Positions 19,741-30,818 of a stretch of DNA of 34,449 bases are shown here, piece by piece. Source of the DNA: Deltaproteobacteria bacterium. GTDB lineage: Bacteria > Campylobacterota_A > Desulfurellia > JAGGSF01. Numbering within the stretch: the stretch's first letter is position 1; the number at the start of each line of letters is the position of its first letter. The DNA lies in NCBI GenBank assembly GCA_021159235.1, contig JAGGSF010000102.1:1-34449 (forward strand), in the 5' to 3' direction. The notes beneath the pieces were generated by a model. The model was not told where the DNA came from, did not search any database, and worked only from the letters and a program-made list of their open reading frames with translations. The position numbers were made by a program, and so were the translations under genes.

Positions 19741-20348
19741 CGAAAGTAAGTGTGTTGGACAAACGAGGTGATAAAAAGGGAGAGGTAGATATAGATATTG
19801 ATGTTGGTGATGTTTCCCCTGTATGCATAAGTAGAATGGTAAAGGCGTATTTGACAAATAGAAGAAGAGGAACGGCTTCTTCTAAAACCAGGGGCGATGT
19901 ATCTGGCGGAGGAAGAAAACCCTGGAGACAGAAGGGAACAGGAAGAGCGCGGGCGGGTTCTATTCGTTCACCCCTGTGGGTAGGTGGTGGTGTATGTTTT
20001 GGGCCAAAGCCTCGTATATATAGAGAAAAGATAAATAAGAAGGAAAGGAGAAAGGCTTACCTGTGGGCTCTGTTGCAAAAGATTAAGGATGGTAATTTGA
20101 TTGTGGTGGAAGAGTTTGACTTTTCTTCGCCGAAGACGAAGGAAGCCTGCACGGCTTTAAAGAATTTGGGTGTAGAAAAGGGTTTGGTTGTTGTAAACAA
20201 TGATATGGTTAATTCTATACTTTCTATGAGAAACATAAAAAATATAGAATTAAGGGAAGCGCGTAGCGTTAATGTTTATGATATTTTAAGGTATGAAAAG
20301 ATTGTTGTTCCTCAAAAGCTGTTACCGGAGATGTTGAGGGAAACTTAA
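19737..20348 (+). CDS. rplD: 50S ribosomal protein L4
   Basis: GGGRKPWRQKGTGRARAGSIRSP motif. Confidence 0.98.
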   Translation: MTKVSVLDKRGDKKGEVDIDIDVGDVSPVCISRMVKAYLTNRRRGTASSKTRGDVSGGGRKPWRQKGTGRARAGSIRSPLWVGGGVCFGPKPRIYREKINKKERRKAYLWALLQKIKDGNLIVVEEFDFSSPKTKEACTALKNLGVEKGLVVVNNDMVNSILSMRNIKNIELREARSVNVYDILRYEKIVVPQKLLPEMLRET

Positions 20349-20349
20349 T

Positions 20350-20625
20350 ATGGATGTATGGAGCATTATAGAAGGGAGAAGGATTACAGAAAAGTCCACG
20401 AGAGACAGGGAAGAAGGAAAGTATGTGTTCATAGTGCACAGGAAGGCTACAAAAGCGGATGTAAGAAAGGCTGTGGAAAAAACATTCAAAGTACAGGTAG
20501 AAAAGGTTAACATAATGAATATAAGAGGCAAGAGGAAAGTGTTCCATAATATCCCTGGTAAGAGGCCTGATATAAGGAAGGCTATTGTTACGCTGAAGCA
20601 GGGACAGGAGATTAAGGATTTGTGA
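20350..20625 (+). CDS. rplW: 50S ribosomal protein L23
   Basis: ITEKS, ATKxDVRKAVE, KAIVTL motifs; synteny. Confidence 0.96.
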   Translation: MDVWSIIEGRRITEKSTRDREEGKYVFIVHRKATKADVRKAVEKTFKVQVEKVNIMNIRGKRKVFHNIPGKRPDIRKAIVTLKQGQEIKDL

Positions 20626-20632
20626 GGATATA

Positions 20633-21460
20633 ATGGGTGTTAAGATTTGCAAGCCTACTACTCCTGGAAGGCGCAGAATGAGCGTAAGTGATTTCGGTGA
20701 ACTGACAAAGGTGAAACCGGAGAAATCCATGCTTGTTTCCATCAAGAAATGTTCCGGGAGAAATAATCTGGGTAGAATTACTGTGCGACATAGAGGCGGA
20801 GGACATAAGAGATTGTACAGAATAATAGATTTTAAACGAGATAATCACAATATTGAAGGAAAGGTGAAGTCTATTGAGTATGATCCCAACAGAAGCGCAC
20901 ATATTGCGCTTGTTTCGTATGTGACAGGCGAGAAGCGGTACATCATTGCTCCCTTAGGTTTGAGGGTAGGCGATGTTGTAGAATCGGGAGAAGATGTGGA
21001 GATTAAGGTAGGTAATGCACTTCCTCTGAGGAAGATTCCTGTGGGGACGATGGTGCACAATATTGAACTCTATCCAGGTGGTGGTGCGAAGCTGGCGCGA
21101 AGTGCAGGGAGTTATGCTCAAATTATGGCTAAGGAGAAAAGATATGTTTTCCTCAAATTACCTTCCGGTGAAGTGAGAATGGTGCATGAAGATGCTTATG
21201 CGACGGTAGGACAGGTGGGTAATACGGATCACGGCAACATAGTTTATGGAAAGGCAGGAAGATTGCGTCATTTGGGAAGGAGACCGAAGGTTCGTGGTGT
21301 GGCTATGAATCCTGTTGATCATCCTCACGGAGGCGGAGAAGGAAAAACCGGTACGGGAGGAACGCCTGTTACTCCCTGGGGCGTGCCAACGAAAGGATAT
21401 CGCACGAGGAAGAATAAACGCACAGATAGGTTTATTATAAAGAGGAGAAACAATGGGTAG
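20633..21460 (+). CDS. rplB: 50S ribosomal protein L2
   Basis: EYDPNRSA and [14 protein letters not shown] motifs. Confidence 0.99.
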   Translation: MGVKICKPTTPGRRRMSVSDFGELTKVKPEKSMLVSIKKCSGRNNLGRITVRHRGGGHKRLYRIIDFKRDNHNIEGKVKSIEYDPNRSAHIALVSYVTGEKRYIIAPLGLRVGDVVESGEDVEIKVGNALPLRKIPVGTMVHNIELYPGGGAKLARSAGSYAQIMAKEKRYVFLKLPSGEVRMVHEDAYATVGQVGNTDHGNIVYGKAGRLRHLGRRPKVRGVAMNPVDHPHGGGEGKTGTGGTPVTPWGVPTKGYRTRKNKRTDRFIIKRRNNG

Positions 21461-21737
21461 GTCGTCTAAAAAGGGTCCTTATGTAGACCAGAAATTGTAT
21501 AAAAAAGTGCTTAAGATGAAAGATAGCGGGAAGAAAGGAATAATAAAAACATGGTCTAGGAGGAGTGAGATTTTGCCTGAATTTGTGGGATTTACATTTG
21601 CTGTGCACAACGGGAGAAAGTTTATACCTGTATATGTTACAGAAAATATGGTTGGTTGTAGATTGGGAGAGTTTGCCCCTACACGGGTATTTAAGAAACA
21701 TAAAGGTACAGTTGGCAAGCGTGCAGGAGGGGCATAA
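21453..21737 (+). CDS. rpsS: 30S ribosomal protein S19
   Basis: [20 protein letters not shown] motifs. Confidence 0.98.
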   Translation: MGRSSKKGPYVDQKLYKKVLKMKDSGKKGIIKTWSRRSEILPEFVGFTFAVHNGRKFIPVYVTENMVGCRLGEFAPTRVFKKHKGTVGKRAGGA

Positions 21738-21739
21738 TT

Positions 21740-22069
21740 GTGGAAGTAAGGGCTTGTTTGAAAGGAGCGAGAATATCACCGCGAAAAGTGAGGGAAGTGA
21801 TTCCATCTATAAAGGGTCAGGATGTGGAAAAAGCCTTGATTACGTTGAAATTTTCTCCTCGCAAAGCTTCCTTTATTTTAAGAAAGCTCTTACAGAGTGC
21901 GTTGTCCAATGCTGAGAATGCGGGAATAAATATTGACAAACTCTATATTTCTAAAGTTGTTGCAAATGATGGTTTAAGGATGAAGAGGTTTATGCCCAGA
22001 GCAAGGGGAAGGGTAGGAAAGATTGTGAAGAGGATGAGTAATTTAGAAATTGAGCTGAGCGAGAGATAG
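21740..22069 (+). CDS. rplV: 50S ribosomal protein L22
   Basis: RISPRK, SALSNAE, PRARGR motifs. Confidence 0.97.
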   Translation: MEVRACLKGARISPRKVREVIPSIKGQDVEKALITLKFSPRKASFILRKLLQSALSNAENAGINIDKLYISKVVANDGLRMKRFMPRARGRVGKIVKRMSNLEIELSER

Positions 22070-22078
22070 GAGGATATT

Positions 22079-22696
22079 TTGGGACAGAAGGTAAATCCAA
22101 CAGGTTTAAGGGTAGGAATCAATAAGAATTGGACCTCTCGTTGGTTTGTAGGGAAAAGGTTGAAGGAAAATTTGCTTGAAGATTACAATATCAGAAAGGT
22201 GGTAAAGAGAAGGTCGTACTACGCTGGATTATCTAAAATAGAGATAGAACGTAAAGGAAATAAAATGACATTAAATCTGTATGTTGCTCGGCCCGGTGTT
22301 ATGATTGGTAAAAAGGGTAGTGAGATAGAAAAGCTTAAAAAATTGGTCAGTAGCATGACATCATATGATGTTACTATAAATGTAAGAGAAGTAGATAAAC
22401 CGGAGGCTGATGCTCAACTTATTGCTGAAAATGTTGCGTTACAGATAGAAAAGAGAGTGCCGTATAGAAGAATATTAAAGAAGGTGATGCGTTTAGCGGA
22501 GAAAGCGGGTGCGTGTGGAGTAAAGATTAAATGTTCAGGAAAATTAGATGGTGCAGAGATGACTCGCTCTGAGTGGCGACAGGAAGGAAGAGTTCCATTG
22601 CAGACATTTAAAGCAAACATTGATTATGGTTTTGCTGAAGCTCTCACTACAGCTGGGGTTATTGGTGTTAAAGCATGGATATTCAAAGAGGAGTAA
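22079..22696 (+). CDS. rpsC: 30S ribosomal protein S3
   Basis: MGQKVNP (TTG start), RPGxxIGKKG, IDYG motifs. Confidence 0.98.
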   Translation: MGQKVNPTGLRVGINKNWTSRWFVGKRLKENLLEDYNIRKVVKRRSYYAGLSKIEIERKGNKMTLNLYVARPGVMIGKKGSEIEKLKKLVSSMTSYDVTINVREVDKPEADAQLIAENVALQIEKRVPYRRILKKVMRLAEKAGACGVKIKCSGKLDGAEMTRSEWRQEGRVPLQTFKANIDYGFAEALTTAGVIGVKAWIFKEE

Positions 22697-22699
22697 AAA

Positions 22700-23119
22700 A
22701 TGTTAATGCCTAAGAGAACAAAGTATAGAAAATATCAGCGTAGGAGAGGGAGCTTGAAAGGTGTCTCTAATCGTGGATGCAATGTGACGTTTGGTGAATT
22801 TGGATTAAAAGCAATGGGCAGAGGGGAGATAACAAGCAGACAGATAGAAGCTGCCCGTATTGCTATAACGAGATATTTAAAGAGGGAGGGGAAGGTATGG
22901 ATTCGTATTTTTCCCTATTTTCCTCTTACCAAAAAGCCTGCCGAGACAAGAATGGGAAAGGGCAAAGGTTCTCCTGAAGTTTGGGTTGCTCCAGTGAAGC
23001 CTGGCCGTATATTGTATGAGGTGGGAAATGTATCAGAGGAAAAAGCTGTAAGAGCGTTGAGGTTAGCTTCTTATAAACTCGGTATACCTACAAAAATTGT
23101 TAAGGAACAGAGTGTATGA
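22700..23119 (+). CDS. rplP: 50S ribosomal protein L16
   Basis: RQIEAAR and RMGKGKG motifs. Confidence 0.98.
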   Translation: MLMPKRTKYRKYQRRRGSLKGVSNRGCNVTFGEFGLKAMGRGEITSRQIEAARIAITRYLKREGKVWIRIFPYFPLTKKPAETRMGKGKGSPEVWVAPVKPGRILYEVGNVSEEKAVRALRLASYKLGIPTKIVKEQSV

Positions 23120-23301
23120 AAGGTAGAGAGATTAGAGAAATGAATCCTGAAGAACTAAATAAGAAACTGCAGGATTTGAAACAAGAGCTCTTTAATCTAC
23201 GACTGCGAAAGAATACAGAACAGCTGGAAAATCCCAGGAGGTTTCGTGATATAAAAAGAGAAATTGCGCGGATACTTACCGTTTTGAGGGAAAGGGAGTG
23301 A
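23116..23301 (+). CDS. rpmC: 50S ribosomal protein L29
   Basis: ELFNLR and IARILT motifs. Confidence 0.97.
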   Translation: MKGREIREMNPEELNKKLQDLKQELFNLRLRKNTEQLENPRRFRDIKREIARILTVLRERE

Positions 23302-23304
23302 CCG

Positions 23305-23598
23305 GTGGCTAAGAAGATATTTGAGGGTGTGGTGATAAGCGATAAAATGGATAAGACAAGAGTGGTTTTGATAGAAAGGCTGATGAAACTGAGAAAGATT
23401 GAAAAGTATGTAAAGAGAAGGAAGAAATATAAGGTCCATGATGAATATAACAGTTCTGGTGAAGGTGATGTAGTAAGCATTGAGGAATGTCGGCCTTTAT
23501 CTAAGGAAAAGAGGTTCAGGATAGTGCAAATTGTTAAGAAGGGGCACAGGGAGCTTGAAGATGATTCAAATGCAGACAAGGTTGAAGGTAGTAGATAA
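23305..23598 (+). CDS. rpsQ: 30S ribosomal protein S17
   Basis: [17 protein letters not shown] motifs. Confidence 0.97.
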   Translation: MAKKIFEGVVISDKMDKTRVVLIERLMKLRKIEKYVKRRKKYKVHDEYNSSGEGDVVSIEECRPLSKEKRFRIVQIVKKGHRELEDDSNADKVEGSR

Positions 23599-23929
23599 TT
23601 CTGGCGCTAAGGAAGTTATGTGTATAAAGGTGCTTGGTGGAACGAGGCGTAGATATGCTCGTGTGGGGGATGTTATTGTGGCTACAGTGAAGAAAGCGCT
23701 TCCTGAAGGTAAGGTGAAAAAAGGAGACGTAGTTAAGGCGGTAGTGGTAAGAACCAAAAAGGAATTCAGGAGAATGGATGGGAGCTATATAAGGTTTGAT
23801 GATAATGCAGCGGTGATTATAGATGACAAAGGTGAGCCTGTAGGTAGCCGTATTTTTGGACCGGTGGTTAGAGAATTAAGAGCGAGGAATTTTATGAAGA
23901 TTATATCGCTTGCTCCAGAGGTGCTTTAG
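23561..23929 (+). CDS. rplN: 50S ribosomal protein L14
   Basis: MIQ start, [20 protein letters not shown] motifs; 122 aa. Confidence 0.98.
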   Translation: MIQMQTRLKVVDNSGAKEVMCIKVLGGTRRRYARVGDVIVATVKKALPEGKVKKGDVVKAVVVRTKKEFRRMDGSYIRFDDNAAVIIDDKGEPVGSRIFGPVVRELRARNFMKIISLAPEVL

Positions 23930-23930
23930 A

Positions 23931-24242
23931 ATGAAAACTAAATTCAAAAAAGCTGATGAGGTGGAAGTAATCAGAGGTAAGTATAGAGGGAAAAGGGGAA
24001 AGATTCTCAGTTTTGTTTCTAAAAAGGATGCGGTGATTGTAGAAGGCATTAACATTGTTAAGAGACATACCAGGCCTTCATCTACTTCTAAAGGCGGGAT
24101 TATAGAAAAAGAGGCACCTATACACATTTCTAATATTATGCTTGTTTGCCCTCATTGTTCAAAGAGAGTGCGTATTGGCTACAAGTTTCTGGATGATGGG
24201 AAGAAGGTAAGGTATTGCAAAAAGTGTGGGGAGACAATCTAA
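23931..24242 (+). CDS. rplX: 50S ribosomal protein L24
   Basis: [14 protein letters not shown] motifs; CPHC...CKKC. Confidence 0.97.
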   Translation: MKTKFKKADEVEVIRGKYRGKRGKILSFVSKKDAVIVEGINIVKRHTRPSSTSKGGIIEKEAPIHISNIMLVCPHCSKRVRIGYKFLDDGKKVRYCKKCGETI

Positions 24243-24799
24243 TGGCAGAGAGATACATACCACGGCTTCTTAGAGTTTATAAGGAAAAGATAATTCCTCT
24301 GATGATGAGGGAGTTTTCTTATAAAAATGTGATGCAAACACCCCGCTTGGTAAAGATTGTGGTTAATGTAGGTATGGGAGGAAGCGTGCAGGATATAAAA
24401 CTCCTGGATAGTGCCTTGGATGAGTTGGCGGCTATTACAGGTCAGAGAGGCGTGATTACTCGCGCCAGAAAGTCTGTAGCTGCTTTTAAGCTGAGAAAAG
24501 GTATGCCCATTGGCTGCAAGGTAACGTTGAGAAGAGAAAGAATGTATGATTTTCTTGATAGGTTTATTAATTTTGCTCTGCCGAGGGTGAGGGATTTTAG
24601 GGGGGTCTCGCCGAAGGGCTTCGATGGCAGAGGAAACTATTCTCTGGGTTTGACAGAGCAACTGGTTTTTCCAGAAATAGATTATGACAAGGTGCAAAAG
24701 GTACATGGCATGAGTATCAGTATTGTGACCACAGCAAAGACAGATGAGGAATGTCGTTTTTTATTGGAGTCTTTTGGCATGCCATTCAAAAAGGAATAA
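24242..24799 (+). CDS. rplE: 50S ribosomal protein L5
   Basis: [23 protein letters not shown] motifs. Confidence 0.98.
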   Translation: MAERYIPRLLRVYKEKIIPLMMREFSYKNVMQTPRLVKIVVNVGMGGSVQDIKLLDSALDELAAITGQRGVITRARKSVAAFKLRKGMPIGCKVTLRRERMYDFLDRFINFALPRVRDFRGVSPKGFDGRGNYSLGLTEQLVFPEIDYDKVQKVHGMSISIVTTAKTDEECRFLLESFGMPFKKE

Positions 24800-24810
24800 G
24801 GAGAGGTGAT

Positions 24811-24996
24811 ATGGCGCGGAAAGCATCTATAGAGAAGATGAAGAAATCACAAAAGTTTAGGGTGAGATATCGAAATAGATGTGGTATCTGTGGAAGACCC
24901 AGGGGGTATATGAGGAAGTTTGGTATATGTAGAATATGTTTTAGAAATCTTGCTTCAAAAGGGGAGATACCTGGAGTAAGAAAGGCGAGCTGGTAA
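24811..24996 (+). CDS. rpsZ: 30S ribosomal protein S14, short zinc-binding (type Z)
   Basis: 61 aa, RCGICGR...CRICFR...PGVRKASW; GAGGTG RBS. Confidence 0.97.
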   Translation: MARKASIEKMKKSQKFRVRYRNRCGICGRPRGYMRKFGICRICFRNLASKGEIPGVRKASW

Positions 24997-25000
24997 AGAT

Positions 25001-25387
25001 ATGGATAGGATTAGTGATAGTTTGGCACGAATAAAGAACGCATTAGCGCGAAGGATGGAAGAAGTGGATCTTTTATCAAATAGGATTGTGTTGGGTATAT
25101 GCGAGGTGTTGAAAAAAGAGGGTTTTATAAATGATTTTAAGGTGCTGGAAGACAAAAGAAACATGGTAAGGGTCTATTTGAAGTATATAGATAAGAATAA
25201 ACCTGCAATCAGTTTATTTAAGAGGATAAGCAAACCATCAAGGAGAGTATATGTGGGGTGTGATGAAATTCCCCCTGTTATGAATGGTCTGGGTATATCA
25301 ATATTAAGCACAAGTAAGGGTATTATTTCAAATAAAACAGCTAAGAGACTGCGGGTGGGCGGAGAGTTGATTTGTGAGGTGTTTTAA
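25001..25387 (+). CDS. rpsH: 30S ribosomal protein S8
   Basis: RISKPSRRVY, ILSTSKG, GGELI motifs. Confidence 0.97.
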   Translation: MDRISDSLARIKNALARRMEEVDLLSNRIVLGICEVLKKEGFINDFKVLEDKRNMVRVYLKYIDKNKPAISLFKRISKPSRRVYVGCDEIPPVMNGLGISILSTSKGIISNKTAKRLRVGGELICEVF

Positions 25388-25953
25388 TGTCTCTTATCGG
25401 TAGAAAACCTGTCCCCATACCTGATAAGGTAGAAGTAGATATTAAAGAGGGAAGTGTGTTGGTAAAAGGGGAAAAGGGTTCTCTACGCTGGAGTTATCCG
25501 GCACAGTATGTGAAGATAAGAAAAGAAAAAGATGTGTTGTATGTAGAAAAACTGAGTGAGAATAAAAAGGCAAAAGCTCTTCATGGTTTAACAAGAAGTA
25601 TTGTTGCTAATATGGTGGAAGGTGTGCATAACGGGTATAGAAAAGTGCTGACTATTGTGGGTATAGGATACAAAGCAGAAGTAAGAGGAAATGATCTTGT
25701 TTTACATTTAGGTTTTTCGCATGAGATTGTGTATCATGTTCCTCAAGGTGTTACTGTAAAGGTTAATGAGCAGGGTAATACGATCTATGTAGAGGGCATA
25801 GACAAGCAGGTTGTGGGCCAGGTTGCCAGTGAGATTCGTGGATTTAAACCACCTGAACCTTATAAAGGTAAAGGGATAAGATATGAGGATGAAGTAGTGA
25901 AGAAAAAAGCAGGTAAGGCGGGAGGTAAGCAGGCGTATGCTGAAAGTCAGTGA
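25387..25953 (+). CDS. rplF: 50S ribosomal protein L6
   Basis: LGFSH and [11 protein letters not shown] motifs. Confidence 0.98.
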   Translation: MSLIGRKPVPIPDKVEVDIKEGSVLVKGEKGSLRWSYPAQYVKIRKEKDVLYVEKLSENKKAKALHGLTRSIVANMVEGVHNGYRKVLTIVGIGYKAEVRGNDLVLHLGFSHEIVYHVPQGVTVKVNEQGNTIYVEGIDKQVVGQVASEIRGFKPPEPYKGKGIRYEDEVVKKKAGKAGGKQAYAESQ

Positions 25954-26296
25954 CAGGAATAAAGTACGCAAGAAAAGGAAATTAAGGATAAAAGAGAAGA
26001 TAAAGGGGACGGCAGAAAGACCGAGGTTGTGTGTGTATAAAAGCTTGAAGCATATCTATGCTCAGATTATTGACGACAGCAGTGCCCGTACCCTTGTTTG
26101 TGCCTCTACTATAGACAAGGATTGTAAAGTTAAGGGGAATAATATAGAAGCTGCTAAAGGTGTGGGAATGGTGATTGCCAGGAAGGCTTTGAAAAATGGT
26201 ATTGATACTGTTGTTTTTGATAGAAATGGTTATGTTTATAAGGGGCGGGTTAAGGCTTTAGCTGATGCGGCAAGAAATGAAGGCTTAAAATTTTAG
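25937..26296 (+). CDS. rplR: 50S ribosomal protein L18
   Basis: [26 protein letters not shown] motifs. Confidence 0.98.
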   Translation: MLKVSDRNKVRKKRKLRIKEKIKGTAERPRLCVYKSLKHIYAQIIDDSSARTLVCASTIDKDCKVKGNNIEAAKGVGMVIARKALKNGIDTVVFDRNGYVYKGRVKALADAARNEGLKF

Positions 26297-26305
26297 GGAT
26301 GAAGG

Positions 26306-26791
26306 ATGCTGGAAGAGAAAGAATTTGAAGAATATTTAATAAAGATAGGACGGATAGTAAAGGTGGTTAAGGGAGGAAAGAGGTTCAGATTTAATGCTTT
26401 AGTTGCGGTAGGGAACAAAAAGGGGAAGGTAGGTATAGGCATGGGTAAGGCGAAGGAGGTTCCCGAAGCTATAAGAAAAGCAGTAGAAAAGGCGAAGAGA
26501 GACATGATAACTGTTCCTTTAACAGAGAAAGCCACTATTCCCCATCAGATTATAGTTAAGAATGGTTCGGGCAGGGTTTTGTTGAAACCTGCCCCTGAGG
26601 GACATGGGATTATCGCTGGTAAGGTAGTAAGAGCAGTGGTAGAAGCTTGCGGTATTAGGGATGTTATCACCAAATCTTTGGGTTCAAATAATCCACATAA
26701 TTTAGCACATGCTACGATAAAAGCATTAAAGGCTTTACGTTCTCCCGAGGAAGTATTCAGGAATCGTTATGGGGAAAAGCATGAAGCTTAG
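26306..26791 (+). CDS. rpsE: 30S ribosomal protein S5
   Basis: KVVKGG, GKAKEVP, KSLGSNNP motifs. Confidence 0.98.
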   Translation: MLEEKEFEEYLIKIGRIVKVVKGGKRFRFNALVAVGNKKGKVGIGMGKAKEVPEAIRKAVEKAKRDMITVPLTEKATIPHQIIVKNGSGRVLLKPAPEGHGIIAGKVVRAVVEACGIRDVITKSLGSNNPHNLAHATIKALKALRSPEEVFRNRYGEKHEA

Positions 26792-26969
26792 AATAACGCT
26801 TAAAAGAGGTTTTGCTGGACAGAGAAAAAAAACAAGAGAGACAGTTTTGTCTTTGGGTTTAAAAAAGCCCCATCATTTTACGATTAAAGAAGATACACCG
26901 GCGGTGAGAGGTATGATTAAAAAGGTGGGTTTTATGCTTTTGGTGGAGGAAATAGATGAAACTGAGTGA
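26781..26969 (+). CDS. rpmD: 50S ribosomal protein L30
   Basis: LGLKK and DTPAVRGMI motifs; synteny. Confidence 0.95.
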   Translation: MKLRITLKRGFAGQRKKTRETVLSLGLKKPHHFTIKEDTPAVRGMIKKVGFMLLVEEIDETE

Positions 26970-27390
26970 GTTGGTGAAAACTGTTAAAAGGAGCAAAAGA
27001 TTGGGGAGGGGTGAAGCGAGCGGATGGGGTAAAACATCGGGTAGAGGAACGAAGGGGCAAAAAGCGAGGAGTGGAGGAGCAAAAGGTCCGTATTTTGAAG
27101 GGGGACAGACCCCTTTAATAAGAAGAGTACCCAAAAGAGGGTTTAGAAATATATTTAAAAAAAGATTTATTGTTGTAAATGTGGGTACACTGGATGAGAG
27201 TTTTTCTGAAGGGGAAGAGGTTTCCATACAGAGTCTAATAGAAAAAAATATCATAAAGAAAAGGCTTCCCGTGAAAATATTGGGAAAAGGTGAGATGACA
27301 AAGCGCCTTAAGATTATAGCAAATAAGTTTTCTAAGACCGCGAGGGAAAAAATAATGAAAGCGGGGGGAACGGTAGAGGAAACAGGATGA
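26956..27390 (+). CDS. rplO: 50S ribosomal protein L15
   Basis: GRG...GKTSGRGxKGQKAR and FEGGQTPL motifs. Confidence 0.98.
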   Translation: MKLSELVKTVKRSKRLGRGEASGWGKTSGRGTKGQKARSGGAKGPYFEGGQTPLIRRVPKRGFRNIFKKRFIVVNVGTLDESFSEGEEVSIQSLIEKNIIKKRLPVKILGKGEMTKRLKIIANKFSKTAREKIMKAGGTVEETG

Positions 27391-28685
27391 ATCCATCATC
27401 TTATGAGAATATCTTTAATGTTCCCGAACTGACCAATCGTTTATTTTTCACTGTGATTATGCTCGCGGTGTTCAGACTCGGTGCTCATATTCCCACTCCT
27501 GGAGTGGATGCACATGTGTTATCTCAGATCTTTGCGCAAGCCAGCGGTACAGTTTTTGGTTTGTTCAATATGTTTTCTGGAAATGCATTGAGTAAATTCA
27601 GTATATTTTCGCTGGGTATAATGCCTTATATTAGTGCGGCAATCATATTGGAGCTTTTAACTGCTGTAAATCCTGAGCTTGCCAGATTAAAAAAAAGTGG
27701 AGAGGAGGGAAGAAGGAAGATATCTACTTATACCAGGTATGGCACGGTGGTAATATCTTTTATTCAGGCTGTAGGTATAAGTATTGGATTGCAGGCAATG
27801 CACGGTCCTGGTGGCGCACCGGTTGTTATATACAGCGGTGTTTCTTTTATTATCCTTTCGTCCATTATACTTACTACAGGCACCATGATTCTCATGTGGA
27901 TAGGGGAACAGATTACGGAGAGAGGGATTGGTAATGGTATTTCGTTAATTATATTTGCAGGTATTGTAGCGCGTGTGCCCGCGGCATTTGGTAACACATT
28001 TAGATTGGTGAGCGCAGGTGAAATGTCGGCGTTGGTTGTTTTAATTATACTGATATTAGCACTGGCTGTTATTGCCTTTGTGATTTATGTGGAGCTTGCC
28101 CAGAGAAGGGTGCCTATCCAGTATCCGCGCAGGATGGTAGGCAGAAGACTGTATGGGGGGCAATCCAGCTATCTGCCTGTAAAGATTAATGTCTCTGGAG
28201 TTATTCCACCCATATTTGCATCTTCTATCATCCTCTTTCCTGCAACCTTGACTACATTTTTACCTATCCCTGCTGTTCGGAAAATAGTTGATTTTTTCTC
28301 ACCAGGGAGTCTTGTTTACAGCCTTGTTTATATAGGACTTCTTTTCTTTTTTGCATATTTTTATACGGCAATTGTATTTAATCCAAAGGATGTAGCGGAG
28401 AATTTGAAGAAAAACGGGGGTTTCATTCCAGGTATAAGGCCAGGTAAGACTACGGCTGACTATCTGGATTGGATACTTACCCGCCTTACTTTTGTGGGAG
28501 GTATTTATCTTTCTCTTATATGCATATTGCCGTGGGTTTTGATAAAGAGATTTAGTGTGCCGTTCTATTTTGGTGGCACGGCTTTACTTATCGTAGTTCA
28601 GGTAGGGTTGGATACTATTATGCAAATAGAATCTCACTTGTTTATGCGTAGTTATTCTGGTCTCTTAAAGAAAAGGAAGGCATGA
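27387..28685 (+). CDS. secY: Preprotein translocase subunit SecY
   Basis: LGIMPYISA, GIGNGISLIIF, FIPGIRPG, FGGT motifs; multiple TM segments. Confidence 0.99.
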   Translation: MNPSSYENIFNVPELTNRLFFTVIMLAVFRLGAHIPTPGVDAHVLSQIFAQASGTVFGLFNMFSGNALSKFSIFSLGIMPYISAAIILELLTAVNPELARLKKSGEEGRRKISTYTRYGTVVISFIQAVGISIGLQAMHGPGGAPVVIYSGVSFIILSSIILTTGTMILMWIGEQITERGIGNGISLIIFAGIVARVPAAFGNTFRLVSAGEMSALVVLIILILALAVIAFVIYVELAQRRVPIQYPRRMVGRRLYGGQSSYLPVKINVSGVIPPIFASSIILFPATLTTFLPIPAVRKIVDFFSPGSLVYSLVYIGLLFFFAYFYTAIVFNPKDVAENLKKNGGFIPGIRPGKTTADYLDWILTRLTFVGGIYLSLICILPWVLIKRFSVPFYFGGTALLIVVQVGLDTIMQIESHLFMRSYSGLLKKRKA

Positions 28686-29341
28686 TTGTTGTACTTTTAG
28701 GGCCACCGGGTGTGGGCAAAGGAACACAGGGGATGTTGATATCAAAATATTTACATATTCCATTGATTTCTACAGGTGATCTGTTGAGAGGAGAGGTAAG
28801 AGAACAAACGAATCTGGGGAAGATAGCAAAAAGTTTCATGGATAAGGGAGAGCTTGTTTCTGATGACTTGATTATTGAGATGATAAAGAAGAGGATCAGA
28901 AGAAAGGATTGTGCAGAAGGGTTTATCTTAGATGGTTTTCCTCGTACTTTATCTCAAGCAAAAAGTCTTGAAAATATGTTTTTACGGGATAATCTACAGT
29001 TAGATGCTGTTCTTCTGTTTGATGTGCCAGAAGAGGAAATTATTAGGAGGCTAACGGGAAGAAGGGTATGTGAAAAGTGTGGAGCGGTCTATCATGTGAG
29101 TTACAATCCGCCCCATAAAGAAGGTATTTGTGATAGATGTGGGGGAAAGCTTATTACAAGAGATGATGACAATGAGGAAACCGTGAGAAGGAGAATTGTG
29201 GTTTATCAGGATGCCACTGCTCCACTGATAAGCTTTTATAAGAAACAAGACAGGCTGTATACTATAGATGGGGTGGGAAAGGTAGAAGAGATATTTGAAA
29301 GAGCGAAGAATGTTTTAAAGAAGTTGAATGGTTATAATTAA
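28682..29341 (+). CDS. adk: Adenylate kinase (zinc LID)
   Basis: GPPGVGKGTQ, LDGFPRT, CEKC...CDRC motifs. Confidence 0.98.
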   Translation: MIVVLLGPPGVGKGTQGMLISKYLHIPLISTGDLLRGEVREQTNLGKIAKSFMDKGELVSDDLIIEMIKKRIRRKDCAEGFILDGFPRTLSQAKSLENMFLRDNLQLDAVLLFDVPEEEIIRRLTGRRVCEKCGAVYHVSYNPPHKEGICDRCGGKLITRDDDNEETVRRRIVVYQDATAPLISFYKKQDRLYTIDGVGKVEEIFERAKNVLKKLNGYN

Positions 29342-30083
29342 GACCAGGGAAGAGATAAAAAAGATGGCCACAGTAAATAAAATGGTAGCAGAGGTGTTGT
29401 GTGTATTGAAAGAAAGGGCAAGAGAGGGTGTTACGACAGAATATTTGAACGAGATAGCGGAAGAAGAGGCAAGAAAAAGGAATGCTCGTCCTGCATTTAA
29501 GGGGTATAATGGTTTTCCCAAAGCATTGTGTACCTCTGTAAACGAGGTTGTTGTACATGGGATACCATCGAGGAAAAAGAGTTTGCATGAAGGAGATATT
29601 GTTAGTTTGGATTTTGGCTTGGTTTTTGATGGTTTTTATGGGGATGCAGCGATTACCGTTGCAATAGGTAAAATTTCGGATGAGAAAAAAAGGCTTATGG
29701 AAGTTACAAAAAGTGCCCTATATGCGGGGATAGAACAGGCAAGGCCGGGCAATCTTTTACTTGATATATCGAGGGCAATAGAGGAGACTGTTCATAGAGG
29801 AGGTTTTTCTGTGGTGAGAAGTTTTACGGGACATGGTATAGGTAGGAATTTACATGAGGATCCGGAAGTGCCGAATTACGTGTCTTCGCCTTTTCTTCTT
29901 AGATTGCCTCTTGTGGTGGGGATGACAATAGCGATAGAACCGATGGTGAATGCTGGAGCATATAAGGTTAAGATAAAAAGGGATGGTTGGACGGCAGTTA
30001 CTGTGGATGGCAAACCATCTGCACATTTTGAGCATACAATTGCCATTACAGATAATGGACCTGTGATTTTAAGTACATGTTGA
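29328..30083 (+). CDS. map: Methionine aminopeptidase type I
   Basis: CTSVNEVVVHGIP, GHGIG..LHEDP, AIEPM, SAHFEHT motifs. Confidence 0.98.
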   Translation: MVIIKTREEIKKMATVNKMVAEVLCVLKERAREGVTTEYLNEIAEEEARKRNARPAFKGYNGFPKALCTSVNEVVVHGIPSRKKSLHEGDIVSLDFGLVFDGFYGDAAITVAIGKISDEKKRLMEVTKSALYAGIEQARPGNLLLDISRAIEETVHRGGFSVVRSFTGHGIGRNLHEDPEVPNYVSSPFLLRLPLVVGMTIAIEPMVNAGAYKVKIKRDGWTAVTVDGKPSAHFEHTIAITDNGPVILSTC

Positions 30084-30098
30084 GAGGGGTAAACTCAG

Positions 30099-30317
30099 GT
30101 GGCTAAAGAAAAAGCCATAGAGGTTGAAGGAGAGGTTATAGAATCGTTGCCCAATGCGATGTTTCGCGTAAAATTAAAGCAGGGTCGTGTCATTTTAGCG
30201 CATGTGCGCGGTAAGATGAGAATGCACTTCATAAAGATTTTGCCTGGTGATAGAGTAAAGGTAGAAATTTCTCCTTATAGTATTGATCGAGGCAGAATTG
30301 TATATAGATTTAAATAG
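30099..30317 (+). CDS. infA: Translation initiation factor IF-1
   Basis: 72 aa; [21 protein letters not shown] motifs. Confidence 0.98.
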   Translation: MAKEKAIEVEGEVIESLPNAMFRVKLKQGRVILAHVRGKMRMHFIKILPGDRVKVEISPYSIDRGRIVYRFK

Positions 30318-30329
30318 GAGGATTAGTTG

Positions 30330-30443
30330 ATGAAAGTAAGATCGTCGGTGAAACCTATATGTAGTAAGTGTAAGGTGATAAAAAGAAAAGGTGTGGTAAG
30401 GGTTATTTGTGAGAATCCTAAACACAAACAGAGGCAGGGTTAG
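30330..30443 (+). CDS. rpmJ: 50S ribosomal protein L36 (zinc form); not in ORF track
   Basis: Hand translation [37 protein letters not shown]; AGGAGG RBS. Confidence 0.98.
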   Translation: MKVRSSVKPICSKCKVIKRKGVVRVICENPKHKQRQG

Positions 30444-30452
30444 GAGGTAGGT

Positions 30453-30812
30453 GTGGCACGTATTGCGGGTGTGGAGTTACCGAAACATAAGAGAATGGAA
30501 ATAGCTCTTACGTATATTTATGGTATCGGTAGATCTAGAGCGAGAGAAATATTAAAGAAAGTGGGTATTAGCTCTGATAAGTATACAGATGAGCTGGAGG
30601 ATGATGAAATTACAAAACTGGGAAAAGCAATAAGAGAGTACAGGGTAGAAGGAGATTTGCGAAAGGATATATCTGCAAACATCAAACGCTTGATGGATAT
30701 AGGTTGTTATAGGGGGTTAAGGCACAGGAGAGGTTTGCCGGTCAGAGGGCAGAGGACCAGAACCAATGCTCGAACAAGAAAAGGAAAAAAGAAGACTATT
30801 GGTAGAGGATAA
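30453..30812 (+). CDS. rpsM: 30S ribosomal protein S13
   Basis: MARIAGV and [17 protein letters not shown] motifs. Confidence 0.98.
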   Translation: MARIAGVELPKHKRMEIALTYIYGIGRSRAREILKKVGISSDKYTDELEDDEITKLGKAIREYRVEGDLRKDISANIKRLMDIGCYRGLRHRRGLPVRGQRTRTNARTRKGKKKTIGRG

Positions 30813-30818
30813 TGTATT

